Shown piece by piece: positions 63,388-64,000 of a stretch of DNA of 64,000 bases. The notes under the pieces are model-generated. The model saw only the letters and a list, made by a program, of their open reading frames with translations. It had not been told where the DNA came from and did not search any database. Source of the DNA: Marsupella aquatica (Eukaryota > Plantae > Marchantiophyta). The stretch spans positions 1,626,994 through 1,690,993 of the forward strand of contig OZ316895.1 in the NCBI GenBank assembly GCA_973895155.1, given 5' to 3'. Position 1 is the stretch's first letter. The number at the start of each line of letters is the position of its first letter. Both the position numbers and the translations under genes were made by a program.

Positions 63388-64000
63388 TGTTGAGCATAGA
63401 CGACGATCGCAACGGCAAGCCCATGAACCATCCAATGCACAATAGTCGACACAAGAGATACGTGGTTCACCTCCTTGAGGCTACGTCCACGGGAACACAC
63501 AAGAGAGCTTTACTGAACTCTAAGCCCGTCGGCTATACCGAGTCTCCACAGTGTAAGCTCTCCCTATCTCTCAAGTGGCTCCATAACAATGAGCCTTGGT
63601 TCTACCTCTCCAAGCACACATGCCTCTTATGATATAGTGTGCAACTTAGTTGTACCTAACCACATAGTTGTACCTAATCACGTAGTTGTACCAACCCACG
63701 TTGTTGTACCAACCACGTCATACCTAACCTAGACGTAAGAGTAAATACCCAACAATCTTCCCCTTGACTCTGGTCTAGGGGAGAGTAATACTGCCAATGT
63801 ATATGATCCCTCAGCGGGAAGTTATGGACAAAAACCAAACCGGTTTCCCTCTCTAACTAGAGCAAACCAGAACTAAGCCGTAGCCTAATACATAGGAATG
63901 AGGAAGAGCATATATCAATAATTACAATGAATGTTAAGAAAACTCTACTTGTGATGCAATTGCAAAACCTGCAATACGTCACGGTGTCTAGAGAAACTCT
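63388..64000 (-). mobile_element. 3' end of a second, related Copia element inserted in reverse orientation (3' LTR 63388-63754, PPT, 3' UTR, RNase H tail; continues beyond the window)
   Basis: TGTTGAGCATAGAC... is the reverse complement of the first LTR's end. ATCTTCCCCTTGACTCTGGTCTAG is the reverse PPT region. 63755-64000 mirrors about 63102-63347. Confidence 0.9.

Overview
Eukaryotic land-plant nuclear DNA: GT-AG introns, plastid-targeted genes, and Copia, CACTA and Helitron elements. Protein divergence from angiosperm sequences as I recall them suggests a non-seed plant, possibly a liverwort (inference). Gene order: secreted Ole e 1-domain protein with (GPGD-x-R)n and (IPPIP)n repeats (+); intronless orphan secreted 7-Cys protein behind a W-box cluster (+); PARTING DANCERS/PTD (-) head-to-head with tRNA-Arg(CCT); broken DExH6/NIH-type ankyrin RNA helicase (+; two frameshifts, R3H to motif Ia missing) preceded by duplicated decayed exons; intronless PII/GLB1 (-); orphan 4xCxxC ORF (+); DUF455 ferritin-like gene (-); foldback element; PEX12 (-); non-autonomous Helitron with a minisatellite; unknown multi-exon coiled-coil gene (+); intronless plastid EamA/WAT1-related transporter (-). 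The last 9 kb is a nested TE stack: a decayed Ty1/Copia carrying a CACTA in its gag zinc knuckle, a MITE in pol, and an inverted sister Copia in its 3' LTR. I found no clearly new multi-gene system. The best candidates for novelty are the secreted orphan with its defence-type promoter, the repeat-rich Ole e 1 precursor, the CxxC orphan and the rearranged helicase locus. All family assignments come from motif recognition by eye, not from database searches.
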